From Rebecca billardiae RCC1528 (Eukaryota; Protista; Haptophyta): DNA of 64,000 nucleotides. Under the pieces are notes generated by a model that made no database searches, had not been told where the DNA came from, and was given only the letters and a program-made list of their open reading frames with translations. Below are positions 22,601 through 33,531 of this stretch, one piece after another; position 1 is the stretch's first letter; the number at the start of each line of letters is the position of its first letter. Position numbers and translations under genes: made by a program. The DNA lies in assembly GCA_965240325.2 (NCBI GenBank), contig OZ251232.1, positions 930,001-994,000 on the forward strand, given 5' to 3'.

Positions 22601-25600
22601 GGTGGTCGTCGGCGCCGCCTGGACACGTGCTTCAACACCCAGCTGCAAGCGATGTACTCGGCGGCGGCGTGCCCCAACCCGGGCTGCACGGATGCGGACG
22701 CAGACAACTTCGACTCTGCGGCGACGATCGACGACGAGTCCTGCGCGTTCGGCGGCTGCACCGCCGACAACGCGACCAACTTCGACGCGCAAGCAACCGT
22801 TGACGACGGCTCGTGCGTGTACGACATCTTTGGCTGCCTTGACTCGCGCGCGTGCAACTACAACTCGAATGCAACGGCGCAGGGAGACACGGTGTGCGAT
22901 TACGATATCTTGGGATGCGCGGAGTCGGATGCGCTCAACTACCTCTCGGTGGCGACCATCAACACGGGCTGCACGTACGAGGTGCTTGGCTGTCTCGATC
23001 CTACCGCCACCAACTTTGATTCGAGCGCCAACACGGACGACGGCTCGTGCATCGATCCAGCCGGTGGGTGCACCGATCCCATCGCGGACAACTTCGACTC
23101 GACGGCCGCGGTCGACGATGGCACGTGCGTCGTTGCCGGCTGCACGAACACCAACGCGGACAACTACAACTCGGCCGCCACCTTCAACGACGGCAGCTGC
23201 TTCTTCCTCATCCGCGGCTGCATTGACACGCGCGCAATCAACTTTGACGACTCGGCGACGGTCAACGACGGCTCGTGCGTCATCCCCGGTTGCACCCAGA
23301 CAGCCGCGGACAACTATGACTCGGCCGCGACTCTGAACGATGGCTCGTGCACGGGGGCGATCCCTGGCTGCCTCGACTCGAACGCCGTGAACTACGTGGC
23401 CGGCGCGACTGTCGACGACGGCACGTGCGTCTTCCGCGGCTGCACGCTCACTTTTGCGACCAACTACGACTCGACCGCGACCGACAATGACGGCACGTGC
23501 ATCTACCCCAAGTTTGGCTGCACGGACCCGAGCTCGATCAGCTACCTGTCGACCGCGGACACGAACGACGGCTCGTGCCAGTACGCGGGCTGCCTGGACA
23601 CGAGCGCCACGAACTACGACTCGACGGCCGACGTTGCCGACGCGGGCTCGTGCATCATCCCGGCGCTGGGCTGCACGGACTCCACCGCTGACAACTACAA
23701 CTCAAACGCGGCCGGTGACGACGGCTCGTGCGTCATCACCGGCTGCCTCAACTCGCTGGCCGAGAACTACAACTCACGTGCGACCGTCAACTCGAACAAC
23801 TGCATCAACATCGCCGTCGCCGGCTGCACGGCACCCGACGCGGACAACTACAACCCGCTCGCCACGGTCAACCAGGGCTGCGTGTTCCTCGGCTGCCTCA
23901 ACCCGATCGCGTTCAACTACGACTCGACGGCGACCGACTCCTCGGGCAACTGCATCCTGCCGGTCACGGGATGCACGGACGCCGATGCGGAGAACTTCGA
24001 CTCGGGCGCGAACGTCAACGACGGCTCGTGCGTCTACCCCGGCTGCACCAACTCGCTCTGCTCCGGCTACGACTCGTCCGCGACGACCGACGACGGCAGC
24101 TGCGTGTGCCCAGCGTTTGGCTGCACGGACTCGGCATCGGACAACTACGACTCCACGGCGAACACGGACGACGGCAGCTGCATCGTGCCCGGGTGCACGG
24201 ACATCACTGCGACCAATTTCAACTCGGCAGCGACCGACGACGACGGCAGCTGCATCCCGCCGGTAAGCGGCTGCAGCATCGTGAGCGCCGACAACTTCGA
24301 CTCGCTCGTCACGCAGCTCGTCGCGTCCTCGTGCATCTTCAGCGGCTGCCTCTCGACGCTGGCGAGCAACTACGACTCGACTGCCAACACGCCGGACGGC
24401 TCGTGCATCTTCCCCATCAGCGGCTGCACGGACAGCAGCGCGCTCAACTTCCGCTCGGACGCGGAGGTCGACAGTGGCAGCTGCCAGTACTTTGGCTGCA
24501 CCAACACGGCGGCTGTGAACTACGACCCGTCGGCGACCGTGACGGGCGGCTGCCAGTTCCCCGCGCAGGGTTGCACGAACGTCGCTGCGGACAACTACGA
24601 CTCGGCGGCGGACGAGGACGACGGCAGCTGCGCCATCGGCGGTTGCACGTCGGTGAACGCCGCCAACTACAACTCGCTCGCCACGTACCCGGACGGCTCG
24701 TGCTCGTTCAGCCCTCCGCCAGCGCCGCCACCCGAACCGCCCTCGCCTCCTCCCTCGCCCCCTTCCCTGCCGCCATCCTCGCCGCCCTCGCCACCACAGC
24801 CGCCTCCGTCGCCTCCTCCGCCCTCGCCTCCGCCGTCTCCTCCGTCACCGCCGCCCGCGCCGCCCTCGCCGCCCTCGCCCCCTCCTTCTCCGCCGCCACC
24901 GAGCCCGCCGCCTTCGCCGCCCTCGCCGTCCTCCCCACCACCGCGCCCGCCACCTCCGCGTGATCCGCCATCTCCAGTCACAGCGCCGGCGGGGGAGGTC
25001 AACCTTCTCGGGCAGGAGTTGGTTGAGATCTCGTTTGTCGGACAGGTGCGGCGCTGCGCCGCCCGCGCAACCTGCGCCGCGCGCGCCACCCGCGCCGCGC
25101 GCACACGCACGGTGATGAGCGGGCTCGCCATTGCTCCTGTGCTCACCTCGCCTTCGCACCCCGCGCCGCCTCTGCGACACCGGCCGCTGCCACCAGGTCT
25201 CCATCCTCGCGAGCGCCGGCCTGGTGTGCATGACATGCGCGATTTTGTGTGGCTGGCGGCTGTACGTGCGCCGCTCAAAGCAGCAGAAGGTGCGGCGGCG
25301 CAGTGCGCGCGCGAGCCCCTCGACAGACCAGTGCCCCGCACAGCGCGTGCGAGCGCGCAGCCGCTGGCCGATAACCCACCCTCGCGGACCACCCTTCTGC
25401 ACGCGCCCCACGCACGGCAGGCCAAGGCCGAGGCCGAGCAGATGGAAGCCGCAGCCAAGATCCAGGCCTTCCGCCGCGGGCAGATGGGCCGCACGGCGGC
25501 GAGGCTCAAGCGCGACGAGCTGCAGCAGACGCCGCGAGCGACGGCGTTGGGCGCAATCGGCGCGACGGTCGGCGCAGGCTCCTTCTCGGCGGCACGACTC

Positions 25601-25975
25601 AAGCGTCCGGAGCCGCCTCGGTCGGGAGGGGGAGGGGCACCGCGCATCTCGAGCCAGATGTCCGATGCAGCCGCCTCTGTGAATGGCGCCGCAGCAGCCC
25701 TGGGCGCCGCCTCCGCTGCCGCTGCGTCATCTGCCGCAGCGGCCGGGGCGGCCGTTGCCGCCCTCGCGCAGGGCTGGGGACAGTCGCAGCAGCCTCAACT
25801 CGATCACCGCGAAGCTCCACCGGCACCCGCGTCGCCGACGCACGAGTATGCCGACCTGTCACACTCGCCCGCGGTCGGGGGCGACGATCTTCCGCCTCGC
25901 CCGTACAGCAGGCAGCATGCGCAGGATCGTGCCACGCCGGTCCCGCGCGGCGGTGACGCACAGGGCCGCGTGTAG
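6600..25975 (+). CDS. Giant type-I membrane protein B (~6,243 aa): signal peptide, 3 LamG/ConA-like domains, ~3,550-aa SPPP stalk, ~50 GCxDxxAxNY repeats with a central domain ending in RRRRL, TM helix, cytoplasmic IQ motif
   Basis: Exons 6600-6702, 6878-7659, 7847-25045, 25197-25289 and 25421-25975 are all GT-AG and frame-compatible (18,732 nt). Exon 1 encodes MTRAF...CAVALLLSCAC. LamG motifs include WTITFWLY, WFNVALKYDG, WQHVAVMYDG and WGHMCVTFYG. Exon 4 encodes VSILASAGLVCMTCAILCGWRLYVRRSKQQK. Exon 5 contains AAKIQAFRRGQMGR. Confidence 0.85.
9290..19933 (+). repeat. 10.6-kb uninterrupted Ser-Pro(3-5) coding repeat (stalk of gene B)
   Basis: Continuous SPPP translation with recurring higher-order blocks and no frameshift or stop. 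Confidence 0.95.
19934..24712 (+). repeat. Two arrays of ~25-aa Cys-bridged GC(T)DxxAxN(Y/F)xxxAxxDDGSC repeats
   Basis: Visible in the translation at ~19934-21895 and ~22670-24712, separated by a ~250-aa non-repetitive domain. Confidence 0.9.
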
Positions 25976-26724
25976 GGCTTCATCGCAGGCGCGGCCACGG
26001 CTCAGCCGTGGCGTCGCGCCCGGATCATGGCCCGGGTCAACGGTGGTCGCACTGTTGGCTCCGGCACCAGCAGCCGAGAAGCCAGCACGGCGCTGCTCTC
26101 ATCACTCATCATCATCAATATTTATTATTTATAATAAAATAAGTGCATGCAACCTCCGAACGACCGTTGGGACTTTGGACTTGATGGTTGGATACGGTTA
26201 CCACGGTTACTACCGACAAAGCGTTTAAGCATGGTACTTCGTCGTCAAGCATGATTGGCGCTATAAATAGTCATTAGGGATTCGTAACTGTATGCCGTAC
26301 GTTCGTCACGCCGCCTCTTGTGGAAGTTTGCGACGAAGTTCAAAGTTGAGAGTCACGCGTTTCTCACAGCCGGCTCCCTCGACTAACTTTAATTAGGAGA
26401 TTCTTTGGATGCGACGAAGCCGAATACGCCAGAAGGTGGAAAGACGGCTCAGGGAGGCGGAAGCTGGGAGGGGGGGTATTTACCCGCGCGCGAGCTAATC
26501 ACGCGTGAGAGGTGATATGACTGATGAACATTGAATATGATTGTTGCGCGCGCCTGAAAGCAATCGTCGTCCCGTTGTCATTGGTCATACAACGTTCCAG
26601 CTCGGGGCACCCGCAACCGGCTAGGATGCGCTGGGCGGAAAGCTGGTGCTTGTCAGGAGCACCGACCGAAAGGCTTGTGGTGCCCTCGGCCTGCTCGACG
26701 CAGCGGAAGAGCAGCGGAACACCG

Positions 26725-29700
26725 ATGAGGCGAAACAGCATCGAGGGGCTCTTTGCCAACCTGTTCGGCACAGGCGCCGGCGGGGTCGCCGCCACGCCGA
26801 CCACCAACGCGCCGAAGAAGCTGCCAATCGATCCCGCGGACCTACCGCGCAGCGTGCAGGCAGTGCCGCGGTGGACTGAGATCGCGCCAGACGAGCTGGC
26901 GTACGGCGAGGCACTGGGACGAGGCACGTTCGGCAGAGTATACGCTGGGACTCTCAGAGGCTCACACCCCGTCGCCATCAAGCGCGTGGAGGTCGACGTC
27001 GAGCTGGCCGCCATCGGCAAGGCGGTCGGCGCGCAGCAGGGCCTGCAGCACGCGCACCTGCTGCAGCCGTGTGGGGCATGCACGCTCGACAGCGGGAGCG
27101 CGTGCATCGTGCTGCCGCTCGCGTCGGGGCAGGGCAGCCTGCACCAGCTCCTCCGCGCCGCGCGCGCGCCTCTGCCCGAGGCCGTCGCCGCGCACTGCGC
27201 GCTCGAGGTGGCGAGTGCCCTTGCGTACTTGCACGCGCGCGGCGTGTGCCACCGCGACCTCAAGTCGCCCAACGTGCTGATCGCGGAGGACGGCGCGCTG
27301 AAGCTCGCGGATGCGGGGCTGCCGCCCGTGGCGGGGCAGCCGCCCGCGCTCGCCGTGGGCACCTACTCCCACAACGGCACGCTCGAGTGGCTCGCCCCCG
27401 AGCTGCACGGCGCGCCCGCGCGCAGGAGCGCCGGCAGTGGCGTGGACTTGGCAAAGGTGGGAGCCTGGGCGGAGCGGAGCCGGCGTGGCGGCGGCGTGAT
27501 GCGCTGCGCCCGGCCGCGCCCCCGCCAACACGCGCGCCGCGCCGCGCCTCCCCACGCGCCCCTCGCCGCGCCGCAGGCCGACGTCTACTCCTTCGCCATG
27601 CTGATCGTCGAGCTGCTCACGCGCAAGGCGCCCTGGCAGGGCAAGCGCGGAGACGTGCTTGGCCTGGCGCTGCGGCTGGACAAGCGGCCGAGCGTGCCCT
27701 CGTGGTCGAAGCCGGTGCAGCTCGCCGCGCTCGCGCGCGCGATGTGGGCGCGGCAGCCCGACGCGCGGCCGGCCGTGGACGAGCCGCTCTGCGTCCGGAT
27801 CGACCAGATCCTGCTCGACTGCCCGCGGCCCTCGGACAAGGCGAGCGCAGAGCTGGGTGCTCTCGGCGAGCGCGTCGCGGCGCGGCTGGCGGGCACGCTC
27901 GCTGCGCCGTACGGCACGCAGGCGGCGGCGGCGCCGGCGCCGGCGCCGGGCGCGGGGCAGGTCTTCGCCCTGACGCTGCGCGACAGCACGCCCGCGACGC
28001 CCGTCCTCTCGCGCACGCCCTCGGGGATCGGCGCGTGGCCGCAGATTGTAGCGGCGCTTGACGCGGCGGCGCGCGGCGGCGAGGCCGCGGCCGACGCGGC
28101 CGAGCGCGCGCTCGACGACGCGGCCACGCGCGCGGGCGAGGTGGGCACGGAGCAGACGGCGGCGGAGTCGGGCGCGCTCGCCGCGGTCGTGCGCGCGATG
28201 GGCGCGCACATCGCCTCGCCCGCCGTGCAGGAGGCGGGCTGCCGCGCGCTCGTCAACGTGTGCGCGGGCGCGGACGAGGCGCGCGACGGGCGAGCGCAGT
28301 GCTCGACGCAGGAGGGCGCGATCGAGGCGGTCGTGCGCGCGATGGGCGCGCACAGCGCGCGCGTCGTGCTGCAGGAGGCGGCGTGCAAGGCGCTGATCAA
28401 CCTGACCGCCGGCACGGACGGCGCGCGCGACGCTCGCGCGCAGCGCGCGGCGGAGGACGGCGCGATCGAGGCGGTGGTGCGCGCGATGGGCGCACACGCA
28501 ACGCACGCGACACTGCAGGAGCGCGGCTGCTGGGCGCTGCGCAACATCTGCGCGGGCGACGACCGCGCGGTGGACGCGCGCGCGCAGCGCGCGGTCGAGT
28601 CGAGCGCGCTCGAGGCCGTGGTCCGCGCGATGGGCCTCCACCTCGCCTCCGCCGCCGTGCAGGAGTGGGGCTGCCGCGCCCTGCTCAACATGTGCGTGAG
28701 CGGCGACGACGGCGCCGGCCACGAGAGGCACGCGCAGCGCGCCGCGGACGCGGGGGTGCTCCTCGCGCTCGTGCGCGCGATGGGCAAGCACGGCGCGAGC
28801 GTGGACGTGCAGGAGTGGGCGTGCAAGGCGCTGGTGAACGTGTGCGAGGGCGCCGACCGCGGCGCAGCCGACGCGCGCAAGCAAGCCGCCGCGGACGCGG
28901 GCGCGCTGCCTGCCATTGTCCGATCGATGGGCCTGCTCAAGGGGGCGGGCGCGCCCGTGCTGGCCTGGGAGTGCCGCGCGCTGTCGTGCGTCGCGGGGGG
29001 CACCGACGCCGCGCGGGGCGGGCGCAAGCAGCAGGCGCTCGCCGCGGGCGCGCTCGCCGCGCTCGTCCGCGCGATGGGCGCGTACGCCTCGCGCGCCGAG
29101 CTGCAGAGCGAGGCGGCGCGCGCACTCGTTGAGCTGTGCGCTGGCACGGACGCGGCGCGCGACACGCGCGCCGCGCGCGCGGTCGAGGCGGGCGCGCTGC
29201 CCGCGCTCGTGCGCGCGATGGGCGCGCACGCCGCGGACGCTGAGCTGCAGCTGCACGCGTGCCGCGCGCTGGTCAACGCGTGCGCCGGCGCCGACCTGGA
29301 GGGCCGTGCGCGCCGCGCGCAGCACGCGGCGGACGCGGGCGCGCTCGAGGCGCTGGTCGGCTCGATGCGCGCGCACGCACGCACGGACCCGACTGTGCAG
29401 GAGTGGGCGTGCCGTGCGCTCGTCAACGTGTGCGCGGGCGACGACGCGCCCCGCGCGCGCCGAGCGCAGCTCGCCGTCGACGCCGGTGCACTCGACGCCG
29501 CCGTCGCCGCGCTGACGGCCGAGCTGGCGCACGCCGGCTCGCGCGAGTGGGCGTGCCGCGCGCTCGTCAACATGTGCGCGGGCGTCGACGCGCGGCGCGA
29601 CGCGCGCGCGGACCGCGCCGCGTCCGCGGGCGCGCTGGAGGCGCTGGTCGGCACGCTGGGCGCGCCGCACGCGCCGAGCGCGACCGTGCAGCAGTGGGCG

Positions 29701-30471
29701 GCGCGCGCGCTGACGAACGTGTGCGCGGGCGACGACGACGCGCGTGACGAGCGCGCGCAGCGCGCCGTGCGCGCGGGCGCGCTCGAGGCCACCCTCTCCC
29801 TACTCGGCAGGCACCACGCGGACGCGCCCATGGTGGAGCAAGGCTGCTGGGCGCTGCGCAACCTCACGGCGGGGGAGGACGCGGAGTGGAGCGCGCGCGC
29901 CGCGCGCGCCGCCAGCGCGGGGCTCGTCCAGGCCGTCGCGCGCGCCATGGAGGAGCACGCCGGGGATGCGGGCGTGCAGCACTGGGCCTGCAACGTCCTC
30001 GTGAACGTGACGGCCGGCGACGACGACGCGGCGGACTCGCGGAAGCAACTCGCTGCCGACGCGCGCGCGCTGCCGGCCGTGCTGCACGCCATGCGGCGGC
30101 ACGTCGGCTCATCGGCGCAGCAGGTGTGGGGCTGCCGCGCGCTCGTCAACATCCTCGCGGGCGGCGACCGCGGCCGCCCCGCGCGCGTGCAGCTCGCCGT
30201 GGACAAGGGCGCGCTGGACGCGGTCGTGGGCGGCATGGACGCGCACCCGCACGCCGAGGAGGTCCAGGCGTTCGGCTGCCGCGCGCTCGTCGTGCTGTGC
30301 GCGCCGCCGCACGCCGAGGCGCGCAGGCGGCTCGCGACAAGGCACGGCGCGCGCGGCGCCGCGCTCAGCGCGGAGAAGGCGCACCCAGCCGCGCCGCGCG
30401 TGCAGCGCTGGGCGAACGAGCTTGTGCGCATCCTGCCCTCCGAGCGTGACGCGGGCGGTGGCGAGGTGTGA
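26725..30471 (+). CDS. TKL-type protein kinase (degenerate motifs) fused to ~47-aa ARM-like repeats
   Basis: Motifs GRGTFG, VAIK, HRDLKSPN, LADAG, WLAPE and DVYSF. An in-frame 120-bp intron lies at 27457-27576 (AAG|GTGG...CCGCAG|GCC). About 16 repeats of the form GALxAVVRAMGAH...VQEWGCRALVNVCAG follow from ~28150. The start was chosen at MRRNSIEG; upstream ATGs lie in intergenic-like sequence. Confidence 0.85.
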   Translation: MRRNSIEGLFANLFGTGAGGVAATPTTNAPKKLPIDPADLPRSVQAVPRWTEIAPDELAYGEALGRGTFGRVYAGTLRGSHPVAIKRVEVDVELAAIGKAVGAQQGLQHAHLLQPCGACTLDSGSACIVLPLASGQGSLHQLLRAARAPLPEAVAAHCALEVASALAYLHARGVCHRDLKSPNVLIAEDGALKLADAGLPPVAGQPPALAVGTYSHNGTLEWLAPELHGAPARRSAGSGVDLAKVGAWAERSRRGGGVMRCARPRPRQHARRAAPPHAPLAAPQADVYSFAMLIVELLTRKAPWQGKRGDVLGLALRLDKRPSVPSWSKPVQLAALARAMWARQPDARPAVDEPLCVRIDQILLDCPRPSDKASAELGALGERVAARLAGTLAAPYGTQAAAAPAPAPGAGQVFALTLRDSTPATPVLSRTPSGIGAWPQIVAALDAAARGGEAAADAAERALDDAATRAGEVGTEQTAAESGALAAVVRAMGAHIASPAVQEAGCRALVNVCAGADEARDGRAQCSTQEGAIEAVVRAMGAHSARVVLQEAACKALINLTAGTDGARDARAQRAAEDGAIEAVVRAMGAHATHATLQERGCWALRNICAGDDRAVDARAQRAVESSALEAVVRAMGLHLASAAVQEWGCRALLNMCVSGDDGAGHERHAQRAADAGVLLALVRAMGKHGASVDVQEWACKALVNVCEGADRGAADARKQAAADAGALPAIVRSMGLLKGAGAPVLAWECRALSCVAGGTDAARGGRKQQALAAGALAALVRAMGAYASRAELQSEAARALVELCAGTDAARDTRAARAVEAGALPALVRAMGAHAADAELQLHACRALVNACAGADLEGRARRAQHAADAGALEALVGSMRAHARTDPTVQEWACRALVNVCAGDDAPRARRAQLAVDAGALDAAVAALTAELAHAGSREWACRALVNMCAGVDARRDARADRAASAGALEALVGTLGAPHAPSATVQQWAARALTNVCAGDDDARDERAQRAVRAGALEATLSLLGRHHADAPMVEQGCWALRNLTAGEDAEWSARAARAASAGLVQAVARAMEEHAGDAGVQHWACNVLVNVTAGDDDAADSRKQLAADARALPAVLHAMRRHVGSSAQQVWGCRALVNILAGGDRGRPARVQLAVDKGALDAVVGGMDAHPHAEEVQAFGCRALVVLCAPPHAEARRRLATRHGARGAALSAEKAHPAAPRVQRWANELVRILPSERDAGGGEV

Positions 30472-31074
30472 CGACTGACGAGTGACGATGAAGTGACGGC
30501 GTACGATGAAGTGACGGCGTTCGATCAGACCGCACTACGACGGCGCGGATGAAGCCTGCTCATCCATATCATCGCCCGCGCCGGCGCCGAGCCCACGTAG
30601 CGCCGTCCTAGGCTTGACGACCGCCGCCGGCGACCGCGACCGCCGCTCTGAGTCTGACAGTTGCCTGACCTCGGATGTACAGCTAGCAATTATAATATTA
30701 TAAATTATAATTCAATTATTTACTACTACCGTATATATATATATGTATATAATGGCCCGCGGTGCAGGGCGGAGCGCGCAGCGTGGAGCCCGCACCAGCG
30801 GGCCCGAACCACGTTTCAAAAAGATCTTTGATCAAGAACTGAAAAGGGACGGGGGGCGATTTTTAGGGCTGGCGGAGACCGAGTTTCGAGTTTTTGAGAT
30901 CGCATAGAGAGGTCTATTAGGCCGAAAATAAGCGCGTCCAGCTGATTCCCTTAAGTAAAGTGCGATCTGGACGTCAGCTGGACGTGACATTAGTGTAACG
31001 GTTCGTTACGAGCGCGATTTTAAGTATGAGATTGCCGCCAACCGCCAACCGATAAAAACGGCAAGGCAAGGGCT

Positions 31075-31220
31075 CGGGAAACTTGATCACTTGTAAATGT
31101 GAATAGTAAAATGCTCTCCCCGAGCGCGCCTGTCGCCTCGCAGGCGCACGGGAAACTTGATCACTTGTAAATGTGAATGGTAAAATGCTCTCCCCGAGCG
31201 CGCCTGTCGCCTCGCAGGCC
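31075..31220. repeat. 74-bp tandem duplication
   Basis: cgggaaacttgatcacttgtaaatgtgaat(a/g)gtaaaatgctctccccgagcgcgcctgtcgcctcgcaggc occurs at 31075 and 31149. Confidence 0.9.
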
Positions 31221-31306
31221 GCGCGTCTCGCCCTCTCCTCGCTCCGCTCTCCCCGAGGCTGAGCTCGCGGCCCGCCTGTCACCTCGCAGGCGCGCGCCAC
31301 GGACAC

Positions 31307-32630
31307 ATGCGCGACGAGATCGCGGCGGGGGCGGCGAGATCGCGGCGGGGGCGACGGGCAACAACCTGCCCGCGGGCGCGTTCGTCACTCGAGGAGCAGC
31401 GCGCAAGGGCGAGCCGAGTCCGGAGCACGCGAGCTCGTCGCTCGCCGACCGGAGCAGAGCGCGCCGCCCGCCGCCGCCGAGCGAGCGGCGCGGCAGAGCT
31501 GATGAGCCGGATGCGCCCGGAGCTCGCGCGGCTGAAGGGCGAGCTCGAGCACGCGAGCTCGCGCCTCGACGCCGAGCCCGAGCTCCTCCTCAACTCAGTC
31601 GACGGCGGCCCGGAGCAGAGCGCGCCGCTGCGAGCGAGCGGGCAGCGCGGCAGAGCTGATGAGCCGGATGCGCCCGGAGCTCGCGCGGCTGAAGGGCGAG
31701 CTCGAGCACGCGAGCTCGCGCCTCGACGCCGAGCGCGAGCTCCTCCTCAACTCGGTCGACGGCGGCGCGGAGGTGCAGCAGCGTGAGGACGAGCAGGAGC
31801 ATCAGTGAAACGCGCGCCGGTTCCGGGTCGCGCAGCGGCGCCCAGCTGCCTGCCACGCGAGCGGCGGCCACGTGGCGCGAGGAGGCTGCGTGGGGAAATC
31901 GCCGCGCGCGTCGACGCGGCGATCACCGGGCTGCAGGCCTCGGCAATCGACGCGGTGCGCACCCTCGCCGCCAGCCGCGACGACTCCGCCGTCGAGCTGC
32001 AGCAGCTGCGCGCGCAGATGCCAGAAGTGCCGATGGGCGGCGGCGTATCAGCAGGCTGACGTGCACGAGCACGTGACACGCGGAGGCGCTAGGCGCCAAG
32101 CTGGCGAAGTGCGGCGCCGAGCTCGACGAGCTGAGCGACGCGGCAACGGACGCGCTGGGCGCCCGCGCCGCCATCGTCGCGGCGCCCTCCAGCAGCTCGA
32201 GCAGCTGTGGATAGTTGGCCGTCGAGGCGACCGCGGGTGTGACTCACAGTGTGAGTGAGCCGGCGCGCGGCTCAGCCTGCCGCTGGCAGCCGCCGTCTTC
32301 GAGGCCGACGCGGCGGAGGATGCGGCGGGCGAGCACGGCGGCGCGGTGGAGCAGGCGCGCACGCGCGGCGGCAGGCGCGACGCGCCGCTCGCCTCGTTCC
32401 ACCGCCCCGAGCTCCGCTCGGTCGGTCTCGGTGCGAGGCTGCGCAGCCGGCAGGCCGGGGCCAGCAGTGGCGCGCGCTCTCGCTCTGCCGGCACGAGCGA
32501 CCAGCGGCCCGTCGTCGAGCACATGGCGCAGGGCGAGTACCTCAAGCAGGTGCGCCCGCTCGCGCGCACGCGCCGGCTCGCGCCGCGCCAGCGCCTCTCG
32601 CCCTGCCTGCGCGCGCGCGCCGGCCGCTAG
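31307..32630 (+). pseudogene. Probable decayed coiled-coil protein gene with an internal out-of-frame duplication
   Basis: Protein-like fragments (ELMSRMRPELARLKGELEH, GEIAARVDAAITGLQASAIDAVRTL, VVEHMAQGEYLKQ) lie in different frames. A segment is duplicated with period 157 bp (31501 vs 31658), which is not a multiple of 3. Confidence 0.4.
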
Positions 32631-33531
32631 TCCCCGCGGCGGCCCGCGGACCCGCGGCGACAGTCCTCGGCCCGCCGGCCCGGTGGGCGGCAGTGACTGA
32701 GTTGGCGGTGGCAGCTCAGGCGAACTGTTACACATGTCAGACTGAGACAGCAGCCGACGGAGGGTGCGCCGCGGGCCCCGAACTACGTTCGTTCTACGGA
32801 AAAAGACCGCGGAACGCGGTCATAATTCTGATGTTTCTGATGACGATCGACGATGAGCAATACTCGTTGTCTGGCCGATACACACCCTTACCGCGCTCTG
32901 CGCATGGGGAACCCATGCTCGCAGAGCGAGCGTGGTTCCACCACGCGCGCACGGAGCCGGTCAGCCGGGTGTGTATCGGCCACTCGGACTGACGTCATGT
33001 GTAGCGCTACCCGCGGCGACCTGAAACTGATCGGGCCCAGTGATGACGAGTCTGTCGGGCCAGCATCGTCATTTATTGATGCTGATGCGCATCAATAAGC
33101 GCGCGCGCATCGTCGTCATCATCGTTGCCATCATCTGCATCAGCATCGCTATCATCATCAGCATGCTACTATAATAATCAGCACGCGGTTCACACTGCTC
33201 ACACAGCTCACAGCACGGCGGCCGCGCCGGCGCGTGCGATGCCACCATCATAATCTACTGCTGCAGCGATGTCGTCAATTCAGTATAGTCGGATCGAATT
33301 CTGATGACGACGAGTAGCAGCTAAGACGCGACGAGTAAGTATATATATGCTGACGCGCGTGACGCGATGCGCTTATGATGAAGAGTGCGACCAGTCGTCC
33401 GCTCGTCGTCGCGTGCCGCGATGTCGCGTATCGCCGCACCGTCGTCACCAGCAGCAGCAGCATCCTACCGCCAGCGCAGCATCATCATATGCGCGCTGCG
33501 TGCGCATATCCTCGACGCGAGTCACGCGTCG

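Noticed and set aside
7466-25975. 6169-aa ORF taken as the true protein
   Set aside because: It starts out of frame in exon 2 and reads through introns. The spliced model restores the signal peptide, the first LamG domain and the TM helix.
33060-33530. CAT/CGT-rich tract with short ORFs
   Set aside because: Low-complexity intergenic or 3' UTR sequence.
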